Source: a virus. From it: 64,000 nt of DNA. The stretch covers positions 1 to 64,000 of the IMG/VR virus record IMGVR_UViG_3300032268_001296, one strand, 5' to 3'. The first letter of the stretch is position 1. Each line of letters starts with the position of its first letter. Positions 53,994-63,770 of the stretch are shown in pieces. Made by a program: the position numbers and the translations under genes. The notes below the pieces were generated by a model. That model saw nothing but the letters and a program-made list of their open reading frames with translations, did no database searches and was not told the DNA's origin.

Positions 53994-54873
53994 AAATTTT
54001 TTGTAACTGTTTGATTATTGATTCATCATCAAATTGCAAATAACAATCTATATTTTCTTTTTTTCCATATTTTTCAATAAATAATTTAGGAATTGAAATA
54101 CAATTTATTGACTCTATGTTTTTAACACTTGTCGCTATTTTAGATAAAATACCAGAATCATAACATGGTTCTATTATTGTTATATTTTTGATAATATCGT
54201 TATTGTATATAATGCTATTTAATTTAAAAATATCAAATTCTGAAATATTTGTTGTATATAAAATGGTACAATTTAAATTTGACAATTTATTAAAGTCTTT
54301 TATTGCATTTCCAACAATAATACATATGCCATTTTTATTTAAATTCAAAATCTCAAGGTCTTCATAATTATTTTTTATTAAATTTAAATTATTTTCAGTT
54401 TCTGATAATCTAATATATTTAGGATGTTTGATATTAATATTTTCATTAATAATATTTTCTACATCTTTTGAATTTCCAGGACAATATGTTTTAAAATTTG
54501 GTATAGATGAAATTATTCTAAGATCATTTGGACAATGGTGAGTACATCCTAATGCTGCATAATCATATGAATTGCCGACACTAACAACAAAAGCATTTAC
54601 ATCTTCATACCCAAAATTTAATTTTAATTGTTCATAACATCTTTCTGTTATGAACGGAGCTATTGAATGAATAAATGGTATAAATCCACTTTTAGATAGT
54701 CCACAAGCAACTCCAATCATTGATTGCTCCATAATACCCATGTTATATATTCTTCTGCAATCTAAATCAAAACTATCTTTAAATGAAAAAACTCCTATAT
54801 CTCCTAATAAAATAGATATTTTTTCATTATTTTTAAATAATTTATTAAGATAATTATAAAAATGTTTTCTCAT
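53980..54873 (-). CDS. transketolase-like protein, C-terminal subunit
   Basis: N.GI.EQ.MIG.A.G, R.YEQ, G.THH and YIRL. Confidence 0.88.
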   Translation of the reverse strand: MRKHFYNYLNKLFKNNEKISILLGDIGVFSFKDSFDLDCRRIYNMGIMEQSMIGVACGLSKSGFIPFIHSIAPFITERCYEQLKLNFGYEDVNAFVVSVGNSYDYAALGCTHHCPNDLRIISSIPNFKTYCPGNSKDVENIINENINIKHPKYIRLSETENNLNLIKNNYEDLEILNLNKNGICIIVGNAIKDFNKLSNLNCTILYTTNISEFDIFKLNSIIYNNDIIKNITIIEPCYDSGILSKIATSVKNIESINCISIPKLFIEKYGKKENIDCYLQFDDESIIKQLQKIYEKN

Positions 54874-54879
54874 ATTGAT

Positions 54880-55620
54880 TTATAAGTTATTTATTATATT
54901 CAGATATTCAATTTCTGATGATGGATATTTATGGTGCCATTCTGGATTGTTTTCCATTATTTTACATCCAAAACCTTTAACAGTATTTAATTGAACGAAT
55001 TTTGGCAATTCATTATTTTCAAATTTATTAAAAATTTTTGATATAGATTTTTGATTATTTCCATTTTTTACTAAAAATGATTCCCATCCAAATGATTTAA
55101 ATTTATTAACACAAGAATCTAGTTTAATAGCTCTTTCGCCTGACTTATTAAAGTCCATGATACATATTAAATTATCTAATTTATAAGTAGATGCTATTAA
55201 TGCTGATTCCCAAATTGTGCCTTCATTAGCTTCTCCGTCGCCAATTAAACAATAAATATTACCAGATTCATTTTTCATTTTCTTTGCTAATGCTAATCCC
55301 ACGCAAAAAGGAAGTCCGTGGCCAAGTGATCCAGTAGATAATTTAATTTCTTTAATTTTTTTAGAAGAAGGATGCCCTCCTAAAATAGAACTCTCTTGAG
55401 AAAAACTATAAAAGTCATCTTCTGTTATAATTTGTTTTTCGAGAAAAATAGCATATAGAGCTAAACTTGCGTGACCTTTGCTCAGAACGAATTCATCATT
55501 ATCTGTTTTTTTATTGAAATATAAAAAGTACAAAAAATCTAATATAGAAAGAGCGCTAGCTATATGTCCTTCTTTATTTAAATAAGAAGTTTTTATTATA
55601 TTTTTTATAAGTTTTTTCAT
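54880..55620 (-). CDS. transketolase-like protein, N-terminal TPP-binding subunit
   Basis: GH...ALS, LSKGH, STGSLGHG and GDGE..EG..WE. Confidence 0.9.
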   Translation of the reverse strand: MKKLIKNIIKTSYLNKEGHIASALSILDFLYFLYFNKKTDNDEFVLSKGHASLALYAIFLEKQIITEDDFYSFSQESSILGGHPSSKKIKEIKLSTGSLGHGLPFCVGLALAKKMKNESGNIYCLIGDGEANEGTIWESALIASTYKLDNLICIMDFNKSGERAIKLDSCVNKFKSFGWESFLVKNGNNQKSISKIFNKFENNELPKFVQLNTVKGFGCKIMENNPEWHHKYPSSEIEYLNIINNL

Positions 55621-56345
55621 TTATTAAGTAAATATTTATATTTTTCTTTAATTATTTCAGCTTCTTTTGAATTTGAAGATTGACTATTTGTAGATAAACC
55701 ATTTGGATTATAGTAATAAGATCCAATAATTTCATAAATCTTATCAAATCTTGCTCCTTGGCTTAAACATCTTAGCCAAAAATCGAAATCAGAAGCTGTT
55801 GGGTATTTATTATCAAAATAGCCTAACTTAGTATGAAGACTTTTTCTCCAAACGGGAAGGCAATGAGGAGAATTATTTATCATCATTGATTCTGGAGTTA
55901 CAATATCACATGGATATATATCTTTTAAGTTATTATCTTCAAAACTCTCATTTTCTTTATAACTCCATGCTACATAACCATAACAAATATCACATAGTGG
56001 ATTATTTTCCATATAGTCAATTTGTCTTTTTAATGAAAAATTACTTCTTCTATCATCTACATTCCAAATTGAAATAATATCTGAACTCGATAAAGTGATT
56101 CCAATATTTAGAGTATCAGTTACAGAAATTCTTTCTGGTAATTTTTTATATACAATGCTATTATGTTGATAGTTATTAATTATATCACTTGTCGAATCTG
56201 TAGAATCTGCATCAAGTAGTAAAATTTCTATTTCATTTATGCAATCTTGATTTAACACGTTTTTAAGAAACTGATGAAGAAATTTTTCACCATTATATAT
56301 TGAACAAATTACCGTAGCCCTAGGTTTAAATTTAAATTTATTCAT
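55617..56345 (-). CDS. family 2 glycosyltransferase
   Basis: YNGEKFL, D..STD.T, NVDD and D.DFWLR. Confidence 0.85.
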   Translation of the reverse strand: MNKFKFKPRATVICSIYNGEKFLHQFLKNVLNQDCINEIEILLLDADSTDSTSDIINNYQHNSIVYKKLPERISVTDTLNIGITLSSSDIISIWNVDDRRSNFSLKRQIDYMENNPLCDICYGYVAWSYKENESFEDNNLKDIYPCDIVTPESMMINNSPHCLPVWRKSLHTKLGYFDNKYPTASDFDFWLRCLSQGARFDKIYEIIGSYYYNPNGLSTNSQSSNSKEAEIIKEKYKYLLNK

Positions 56346-56347
56346 TT

Positions 56348-57154
56348 TTATAAAAGTTGTTGTTTTGCTGCTTTTTTAAATGAGTCTAAGTCGGATTGAC
56401 TAAGGTATATGTTTACGTAAACTTTAGAGCGAGGCAATACATAAATTTTCCCATATCTAGATATGTCATAACACATATTCACATGATCACAATGAAAGTC
56501 GCTATGCCATCTAACTTTATTAAAAATATCTGATTTAATAAAAGCGAAACCACCAAAAGAACTCATTGTTATGATTGGCTTTCCTAATGACCAGTTAAAT
56601 CTATCTTCTTCTCTAATAAATGGAGAATCACTCCAGTATAATCCAGCATTACCATATGCATCTCTAAATGCATACGTATCATAATATGAATCTAATGAGC
56701 TATTGAAAGTTAAATCTGCTATATTTTGTCTAACATTGGCTGTAACCATAACAGCATCATCTAATTGATTTATGTTTTCGAAATGCATCAGAAAATTATC
56801 ATTATTGAATTCTATGTCAGAATCAATCAATAAAGAATAGTCAAACTGATTTTCTTGAGCTAGACTTTTGCATTTATTTCTACACTCGCAAAGAAATTTC
56901 ATTCTTTCTGGATCGGCAGTACTTCCAAATTTAGGAGCATTTAAAATCTCAGACAAAAAAGACCCATTTCTTTTACTCATCCATTCAGATAAAATTTCAA
57001 CTGTTTTGTCTTTAGAGTCATTCTCGTAAAAAAAATAAGAGAACTCAAAGCCATCAATAGACTCTAAATCCTCTAATTGTTTGAGAGTTTTAAAAATTGT
57101 CTGTTCTGAATCTCTCCAAATACAAAATACTGATACTTTTTTAACCATGCTCAA
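56348..57154 (-). CDS. GT-A glycosyltransferase-like protein
   Basis: ENDS.D.T, RN, IDSD, YD.YA.R, SFGG and CDHV. Confidence 0.7.
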   Translation of the reverse strand: MSMVKKVSVFCIWRDSEQTIFKTLKQLEDLESIDGFEFSYFFYENDSKDKTVEILSEWMSKRNGSFLSEILNAPKFGSTADPERMKFLCECRNKCKSLAQENQFDYSLLIDSDIEFNNDNFLMHFENINQLDDAVMVTANVRQNIADLTFNSSLDSYYDTYAFRDAYGNAGLYWSDSPFIREEDRFNWSLGKPIITMSSFGGFAFIKSDIFNKVRWHSDFHCDHVNMCYDISRYGKIYVLPRSKVYVNIYLSQSDLDSFKKAAKQQLL

Positions 57155-57168
57155 TGCATGATAATAAA

Positions 57169-58140
57169 TCAGAGATCGTCTTCTTCAATAAAAACTTGAA
57201 CCTCTGACAAATATGTCCACTCTCCAAGGATTTCTTCTTGATCTACAAAGGTAGAATCATCCCAATCCCATTCTGTATCATCTTCATCACTCAAAAGAAT
57301 TTCTTCTGAAGCTAGAGAAGAAACAGGTTTCTTACTCCAAAACTTACAGCTCCAGTAGCGAGCTTTCCACTTTGGCCCAACATTGGTATCGCATTGATGA
57401 CGGGCTCTGAAATTTTTTCTGCGATTTGGATCGTCTCTTCGAATTTCCATATTTGGATCTCCAAACTTGACCATAACAACGTTCCCCTTGTCATTCTTAA
57501 CATATACGCCGAATTTCTTATTCGATCCGCTAGGAAGCCTGAACGGCTTGTTAAGAGTCTTCTTTTCAGCTTCGGAATAATCTATATCAAATAAATCGAT
57601 ATTAGCTTCTTCATCAAGATCAACATTCGCTTTGATCAAATCAATTCGAGCTAAATCAAAATCAATAGAATCAAACTGCCAAAAAACATCTTCTGGTTTT
57701 TGCTCGTAATACAACTCCTCGCCCTTAGCGACATCTTGATCTGCGGCACGATAAGAATCTTTCACTTTTCCACCTCTCATCATCTTCAAAAACATATTTA
57801 CTCTAGCCATAGCCCAACTACTTCTGCTTTGACCTGGACGATGAGAAGACGAAAAAGCTCCAAGACCTCTTCTATAAACTTTCTTTAATTGAGATAAAGA
57901 AACTTTCTTTTCGTACTTTTCATTATGAGAATTGACTTTTTCCTGAAGAGAATTAACAACTTTTTCAGCAAATTCTATTTTCCCGCCATCAGTTCCAGCA
58001 GATCCTTTTTTGTTTTTATCTGAACCTGTTTTTTGATCTGATTTTGGAGCGGGAGTTTGAGCTGCGCTTTTTGGCCCAGATCTTTTTGCTTCTGAGTTAT
58101 CAAATAACTCTTTAATTTTTAAAGAAAAGTCAACTTCCAT
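57169..58140 (-). CDS. two-domain basic protein, probably virion-associated
   Basis: L..VYRRG.GAF..SHRPG...WA.ARVN domain plus KKF.VYV...V.FGD...FRARH.C...YWSC..W domain; GTGTAA upstream. Confidence 0.6.
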   Translation of the reverse strand: MEVDFSLKIKELFDNSEAKRSGPKSAAQTPAPKSDQKTGSDKNKKGSAGTDGGKIEFAEKVVNSLQEKVNSHNEKYEKKVSLSQLKKVYRRGLGAFSSSHRPGQSRSSWAMARVNMFLKMMRGGKVKDSYRAADQDVAKGEELYYEQKPEDVFWQFDSIDFDLARIDLIKANVDLDEEANIDLFDIDYSEAEKKTLNKPFRLPSGSNKKFGVYVKNDKGNVVMVKFGDPNMEIRRDDPNRRKNFRARHQCDTNVGPKWKARYWSCKFWSKKPVSSLASEEILLSDEDDTEWDWDDSTFVDQEEILGEWTYLSEVQVFIEEDDL

Positions 58141-58170
58141 ATATAAGATATATTACACTTTTTTTTTGTT

Positions 58171-59823
58171 TTATGCCTCACAAGTTTTGCAAGACATGAT
58201 AGAACGAGCTAATTCTTGAGCTGGATTAGCGCTTCTTTGGTAATACATGCCCTTGATTCCATTTTCCCAAGCAAAAATCATTAATTCATTTACATCTTTT
58301 GGAGATGCATTTGGAGGAATCATGATATTTAAGCTCTGTCCTTGATCAATACTCTTTTGTCTTTGCGCTGCTTGAATAACGATTTCTTTTTGAGAAATCT
58401 CTCCAAAAGTTTTGAAAACTTCTTTTTCTTGCTCAGTTAAGAAATCAAGATGCTGAACACTTCCACCGTGAACTAGAATAGATTTCCAAATTTCAGTAGT
58501 GTCAAAACCTTTAGAATTTAGAAGCTCTTTCAAGTGTGGGTTTTTGTAAGTGAATTTTCCCTTTGCAAGATCTTTTACAAAGTAGTTGCTGTTTAATGGT
58601 TCAATCGACGGAGAAACTTGTCCTAAGATAAAAGAACTTGATGTTGTTGGAGCAACAGCCAAAGTCGTAGAATTTCTGCGACCATAACCGTTTAGCAGAG
58701 GAGCTTCGCCGAACAACTTAGAAAGCTCTTCGGAAGCTTTGTCTGCGCGAGTTCTAATGCTTTTCCAAATTGAAGAATTCAGAAGCTTAGCATCCATAGA
58801 TTCAAAGCTAATCATCTTCGATTGAAGGTATGTGTGCCAACCTAAGACACCAACTCCAAGAGCACGCTGATTAATAGCGAAACGTCGTGGAGCTTCCATA
58901 AACGGCATATCCTGCGTTTTGTTAATAAACTCGGTCATAACCGCGTCCAAGAAGAAAACAAGAGTTTCTACAGCATCTGTCTTTTCAATTTCATCCCACT
59001 TTTCAAGATTCAGAGAAGACAGGTTACAAACAAAAGATTCATCTTCGGAACTCGAAAGCATGATTTCATTGCAAAGGTTACTTGCATTGATCTTAAGATT
59101 TTTATCCTTATACACTTGTGGAGCTTGATTGTTAGCATTATCAGAAAAGAACAAATATGGATATCCACTTTCAAATCTCTTCTTAATGACAAGACCCCAA
59201 ATCTTTCGAAGATCTTTATCTCCATCAAGCATCTTCTTCATCCATTCATCAGAAACACAAACACCAATAGACATTTCTTGAATTTCATGACCATCAGAAC
59301 GAATTTTCAAGAATTCTTCAATATCTGGATGATCAATCGGAAGATAAGCTGCAAAAGATCCTCTGCGAACGTTGCCCTGAGATACAACATTCATAAGCTT
59401 ATCGTAAAGCTCCATGAAATGCACAGCTCCAGTTGATTCGCCTCCAGAACTAATTGGCGCTCCTCGTCCACGAAGCTCTCCAAAGTATGCAGAGGTGCCA
59501 CCTCCAGCTTTCGTCATCATTGCGACTTCGGAAAGCTTATGCCCAGCAATCTGCTCCAGCTTATCAGAGATATAAGAACCAAAACAGCTAATAGGCAATC
59601 CTCTTGATCTTCCGAAATTACTCCAAATTGGAGAAGACAAAGAATAAAAACCACGAGACATATAAAATTCGAATTTTTCTGCAAAACCAGAGATGCCTAG
59701 AAGGTTCTCAGCTGTGTTCGCGATTTCTAAAATTCTTTGCTCGGCGGTTTCGCCAGCAAGCAAGTAACCTCTCTCAAGAAACTTTCTTGAGTCTGCATTA
59801 AGCCAATAGTATTTTTCAGTCAT
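58171..59823 (-). CDS. nrdA: ribonucleotide reductase class I alpha subunit (no ATP cone)
   Basis: ISCF, GGG, SNLCNEI, APT.SSS and C-terminal CxxC. Confidence 0.93.
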   Translation of the reverse strand: MTEKYYWLNADSRKFLERGYLLAGETAEQRILEIANTAENLLGISGFAEKFEFYMSRGFYSLSSPIWSNFGRSRGLPISCFGSYISDKLEQIAGHKLSEVAMMTKAGGGTSAYFGELRGRGAPISSGGESTGAVHFMELYDKLMNVVSQGNVRRGSFAAYLPIDHPDIEEFLKIRSDGHEIQEMSIGVCVSDEWMKKMLDGDKDLRKIWGLVIKKRFESGYPYLFFSDNANNQAPQVYKDKNLKINASNLCNEIMLSSSEDESFVCNLSSLNLEKWDEIEKTDAVETLVFFLDAVMTEFINKTQDMPFMEAPRRFAINQRALGVGVLGWHTYLQSKMISFESMDAKLLNSSIWKSIRTRADKASEELSKLFGEAPLLNGYGRRNSTTLAVAPTTSSSFILGQVSPSIEPLNSNYFVKDLAKGKFTYKNPHLKELLNSKGFDTTEIWKSILVHGGSVQHLDFLTEQEKEVFKTFGEISQKEIVIQAAQRQKSIDQGQSLNIMIPPNASPKDVNELMIFAWENGIKGMYYQRSANPAQELARSIMSCKTCEA

Positions 59824-59828
59824 ATATT

Positions 59829-60539
59829 TTATTTATTTTTATTCCTTCTCTTTTCCCAAGCCGCTCTCATTTTTTCTTTAGCAGATTCGCTATGTTTTTT
59901 TCCATACATATTATTCGACTCTCCAGAGTTTAAATTTTGTAATTTTTTTCGAGTTTCTTCTGAAATTGAATTTTTTTTATAGTAATCAATCATTATTTTT
60001 CTATGCTGTTCTTTTTTTTCATCACTCCAATACTTAGCATTAAATAATTTAATTTTTTCACGCTGCTCTTCAGAGATCCATGGTTTGCCGCTATTCTTTC
60101 TAGTTTCAATCATTTTTCTATAAGATTCTTTTGATCTATTTTTGAGAGCTTCTTTTTGTTTTTCGATTGTTTCTTTTGATTTTGGTTTTTTCATTTTGTT
60201 TTTTGTAGATTCAGATAGTTTGTATCCGCCCTTATTAACAAAATCTTTTCCGCCGTTATGTAAGTTAAGAAACTTTTCGTTTTCAGCAGCATTGACCTTC
60301 TTAAGAAATCTATTTTCATAAATTAAAGCTTGTTTTCCATTTTCAAAAACTTTAATTTTTAATACTAAGAATGAATTAATTCCATCTTTTTCAATTAATT
60401 TTTTGACTACTTTAGAGGTTGTTCTATAACCTTCTTGAGTCATTAAGTTACATGGATCTGCTGAAGAATTAATTTTGCAGCCAGCATAATATTTTTGACT
60501 TGGAATATGTTTTATAATATAAAAATACGGCTGTGTCAT
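59829..60539 (-). CDS. GIY-YIG/NUMOD3 homing endonuclease
   Basis: YFY...KYYAG, E..F, FLN; repeated S.ET..K motifs and NNMYGKKHS; GTGTAA-N8-ATG. Confidence 0.82.
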   Translation of the reverse strand: MTQPYFYIIKHIPSQKYYAGCKINSSADPCNLMTQEGYRTTSKVVKKLIEKDGINSFLVLKIKVFENGKQALIYENRFLKKVNAAENEKFLNLHNGGKDFVNKGGYKLSESTKNKMKKPKSKETIEKQKEALKNRSKESYRKMIETRKNSGKPWISEEQREKIKLFNAKYWSDEKKEQHRKIMIDYYKKNSISEETRKKLQNLNSGESNNMYGKKHSESAKEKMRAAWEKRRNKNK

Positions 60540-60571
60540 AATATGTTTTACACCAAACGACCTGTTGAATA

Positions 60572-61543
60572 TCAAAATAATTCAAGTTCATCAAAACATT
60601 GAGATTTTTTAGAATACCCAATATCTTTACTATGAAAGAAGTCGGTCATGTTATTCCCTAAAAGCTCTTCATCGAACCAAGTCGTTAATGATAACAGATC
60701 TTGATCAATTTCAAAGACTTTTTTAAAGCCAATTTGAGCCATCGATTCATTGATTCTGTTTTTGATGAACTCTTTGAGAATTGGTGCAGACAAAAACTCT
60801 TCATTCAATCCATTGATCATCCAGTCTACAATCTTGCTTTCAGATTCAAAAGCTTGAACTGCTTCATGAGCGATCTTTGACTCAAGATCAGAATCAAATA
60901 GTTCTGGATACTCTTCTCTGATAGTATTGATAATTTTGATGCCAACTAGAGCATGGATATTTTCTTCATTGCGAGTGTACTTGACTTGTTGATCAGTATC
61001 CTTCAATACATTTTTGAAACGAGCAAAATGATTAATAATATAGAACTGACTAAACAAAGAAACGTTTTCAACGAAAAGAGTAAAAAGAATCAAAGCATAC
61101 AAATATTGTTTTTTTGAATCTTTGTAAAATTTGTGAGTATACTTTCTGAGGTATTTAACTCTACCTTGAATCCACTCAAGCTTAAGGTTTTCTTCAAAAA
61201 TATCTTCTAAATCTAAAACGTTAAGAAGCCTTTCATATGCATTGTTGTGAATAACCTCCACGTTGGCCATAACGTAGCCTAAATCCTGCATGGATGGGTG
61301 TGGGAGGTTGTCTCCAAGCTTTGCCCAAAAGGTCTTTACGGCGACTTCTATTTGCCCAATTGCCGAAAGGGTTCTCACGATCACTTCTCTTTCTTGATCG
61401 GTGAGAGAGACCTTAAATTGTTGAACATCAGACTTGAAATTGAACTCCTTGTCAGTCCAAAAGCCATTATGCATTGCCTCTATAAATTGCTCTGTCCATG
61501 GGTATCTATTTGGCTTTCTTGAAACTTGCTCGGTAAAAATCAT
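60572..61543 (-). CDS. nrdB: ribonucleotide reductase class I beta subunit
   Basis: FW...E, E..H..AY, ENVSLFSQF, EE..H and DFF. Confidence 0.93.
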   Translation of the reverse strand: MIFTEQVSRKPNRYPWTEQFIEAMHNGFWTDKEFNFKSDVQQFKVSLTDQEREVIVRTLSAIGQIEVAVKTFWAKLGDNLPHPSMQDLGYVMANVEVIHNNAYERLLNVLDLEDIFEENLKLEWIQGRVKYLRKYTHKFYKDSKKQYLYALILFTLFVENVSLFSQFYIINHFARFKNVLKDTDQQVKYTRNEENIHALVGIKIINTIREEYPELFDSDLESKIAHEAVQAFESESKIVDWMINGLNEEFLSAPILKEFIKNRINESMAQIGFKKVFEIDQDLLSLTTWFDEELLGNNMTDFFHSKDIGYSKKSQCFDELELF

Positions 61544-61815
61544 AGTAGTATATTTTACACGGTACTTTAGATCCAGCTCTTTTGCAACTGAAAATTTTTC
61601 TTAATTATTTTCTTGACAACTAGAAAAAATATACTACGATTACGTAGTTGCTTTTCGATTAAAAAACAAAGAACTTTTGATGAGCCAAGAACAAACAACG
61701 ATTAATATACTACGAATACGATTAAATTAATTTTAAGTGAAGTTGTTCTATGCGTATTCGGTTTTCCTTTCTAAAGTTATCCAAAATTAATTTAATGCAT
61801 GAAAATTTTGATTAT

Positions 61816-61843
61816 TGACAAATTTGAGAACATCTGATATATT
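61816..61843 (+). promoter_or_regulatory. sigma70-type promoter (probably leaderless)
   Basis: TTGACA, then TG-A-TATATT about 16-17 nt downstream, then about 8 nt to ATG 61852. Confidence 0.6.
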
Positions 61844-61851
61844 ACATTGAC

Positions 61852-62133
61852 ATGTCAAAAGAAACCGTATATCAGTCGTACCTCTGCTCTAGCGCAGACT
61901 GGAATATCGTTATCGACGATGCAGTATCTCATGAAACTGCTGCTTCTTTAGCTTTAGAAAAGCTTTTGGAATCCGATGGCGATAAATTTTCAGTTGGAGC
62001 TGTCATTTCAGTGATTCCAATCAAAAAAGACATAGAGGAAACTCGTCTTATATACTCACCTTCTGTTTTGGCAGATATCGGTATGCATAAATATGCTGCT
62101 GAATTAATTAAACATATTGACAAAGATGATTGA
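61852..62133 (+). CDS. hypothetical protein
   Basis: First gene after the strand switch. Confidence 0.6.
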   Translation: MSKETVYQSYLCSSADWNIVIDDAVSHETAASLALEKLLESDGDKFSVGAVISVIPIKKDIEETRLIYSPSVLADIGMHKYAAELIKHIDKDD

Positions 62134-62641
62134 AAATAATAACTTATCTATTGTTCAGATTAACTCTGAATCTAATGTATTGAAGCCTGCTCATATTGGT
62201 GATGCTGGATACGATGTAATAGCTGCTTCAGATCCAATTATTGTTGGCAAGCGACAACTTGACTATTACTATAGTTCTATTGATTATATAGAATACGATA
62301 CAGATTTAATTATCTCTCCGCAAGAAGGATATCATACTTTTGCTTTCCCAAGGTCTTCAATTTCTAAGACTAACTTAACAATGGCTAATAGTATTGGTCT
62401 TATTGATAACGGGTATAGAGGTACTATTAAGTTTAGATTTAAATATGTGCCTCAGCCAGATAATTATATTATTGGGCATGGCGGTCTACTACTTGAAGTA
62501 GATAAATCTAAGATTTATAAGAAGGGCGATAAGATCGGGCAGCTTGTGTTCGCAAAAACATATACTCCAGATCTTCATCTTGTTTCATCTTTTGAAGAAA
62601 CCAATAGAAATTCGGGAGGCTTTGGCAGCACTGGAGCGTGA
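62126..62641 (+). CDS. dut: dUTPase (trimeric)
   Basis: AGYD, PRSS, GLIDNGYRG, GD.IGQLV and R..GGFGSTG. Confidence 0.92.
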   Translation: MIENNNLSIVQINSESNVLKPAHIGDAGYDVIAASDPIIVGKRQLDYYYSSIDYIEYDTDLIISPQEGYHTFAFPRSSISKTNLTMANSIGLIDNGYRGTIKFRFKYVPQPDNYIIGHGGLLLEVDKSKIYKKGDKIGQLVFAKTYTPDLHLVSSFEETNRNSGGFGSTGA

Positions 62642-63225
62642 AAATTATTGGAATTTCTGGTGCCGCAAGAAGCGGCAAAGATACATTTGCTGATTGTTTG
62701 ATCGAAGTTTTGAGCAGCATGAACATCGCTTCTCATAAAATGTCTTTCGCAAATCAATTAAAGATCGAAGTAAAAGACTTCTTGCAAAAGACAATCGGAA
62801 TTGACTCTTTTACTCAAGATGATGAGGAAAAAAAGATAATCCGACCATTTCTAGTAACATGGGGAACTGAAGTTCGGAGAAAGCAGAATCCAAATATCTG
62901 GATCGATCATGTTGAATCTCAACTTGATGAAAACAAAGTTAACATTATAACTGATGTTAGGTTTGGTAATGAAATGGATTGGCTTAAAGACAAAGGAGGA
63001 TATTCTGTTTTTGTAAGCAGATATCTAGAAAATGGCGCTATGGTTGAACCAGCAAATGAAACAGAATCTGAGAATAACGATATTCTCATAAATCGTTCTG
63101 ATTTCCAATTATCTTGGACTACTGTTGAAAATTTAAACTGGCTAACAGCCGTAGCTTATGAAACACTTCATAAGCTTGTTCCAGAAAAAGAATTAGAATT
63201 ATGGACTCAGACTTGTCGCTTATAA
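62638..63225 (+). CDS. deoxynucleoside monophosphate kinase
   Basis: IGISG.ARSGKDT, R.FL..WGTE..R and ITDVRF.NE. Confidence 0.85.
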   Translation: MKIIGISGAARSGKDTFADCLIEVLSSMNIASHKMSFANQLKIEVKDFLQKTIGIDSFTQDDEEKKIIRPFLVTWGTEVRRKQNPNIWIDHVESQLDENKVNIITDVRFGNEMDWLKDKGGYSVFVSRYLENGAMVEPANETESENNDILINRSDFQLSWTTVENLNWLTAVAYETLHKLVPEKELELWTQTCRL

Positions 63226-63770
63226 TCAAAATAAAAGATAATCAGGACAGTGATAGTCTAAAAGAGTTGATAAATAGGCACTCTGGTATTTATCTTGATA
63301 TGGTTAATAAAACTGTATCTGATAGTTGTAACTTTATTAATAAAGCAGATATAATACTAGATAAAGACTTTTCTATTTATTCTGCCGCTTTAAAATATAA
63401 AGCAGATAAAAATACAAAATTCCCAACTTATTTGGCAAATGAAACTCGCTGGAAGTGCCTCAATCTATATAATAAGAATAAAAAAATGATTGAAGAGCCT
63501 CTTGATGATTCAATCAAGGAAAAACAAAGCTCAGAGGATTTCTTGTCAGATGTTCAGTCTAAGGAAATCTTGAAAAGAGTTTTAGACATGGCTGAAAAAA
63601 ATTCAGATTCAAGAGTGAAAAAGATTATTGACATGAGATACTCTTTCGGATATAATAAAGCTCATTCTTGGAAAGAAATCTCCAAAGAACTTAATATGAG
63701 TATTCAAGGATGTATTGATATTCATAATAAGTTTATCAACAAAGCAAAAAACGAAATAAAAAATGTATAA
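63201..63770 (+). CDS. phage RNA polymerase sigma factor (sigma70 family)
   Basis: Region 2 (A..Y.....KF.TY) and region 4 HTH (I..RY...SWKEISKELNMS). Confidence 0.75.
   Translation: MDSDLSLIIKIKDNQDSDSLKELINRHSGIYLDMVNKTVSDSCNFINKADIILDKDFSIYSAALKYKADKNTKFPTYLANETRWKCLNLYNKNKKMIEEPLDDSIKEKQSSEDFLSDVQSKEILKRVLDMAEKNSDSRVKKIIDMRYSFGYNKAHSWKEISKELNMSIQGCIDIHNKFINKAKNEIKNV

Noticed and set aside
38128-57154. Bacterial chromosome or prophage flank suggested by clp, dnaE, dnaB, recA and gmd
   Set aside because: These genes are divergent, tightly packed with phage genes and share the phage promoter motifs; no ribosomal or other core operons and no integrase are present
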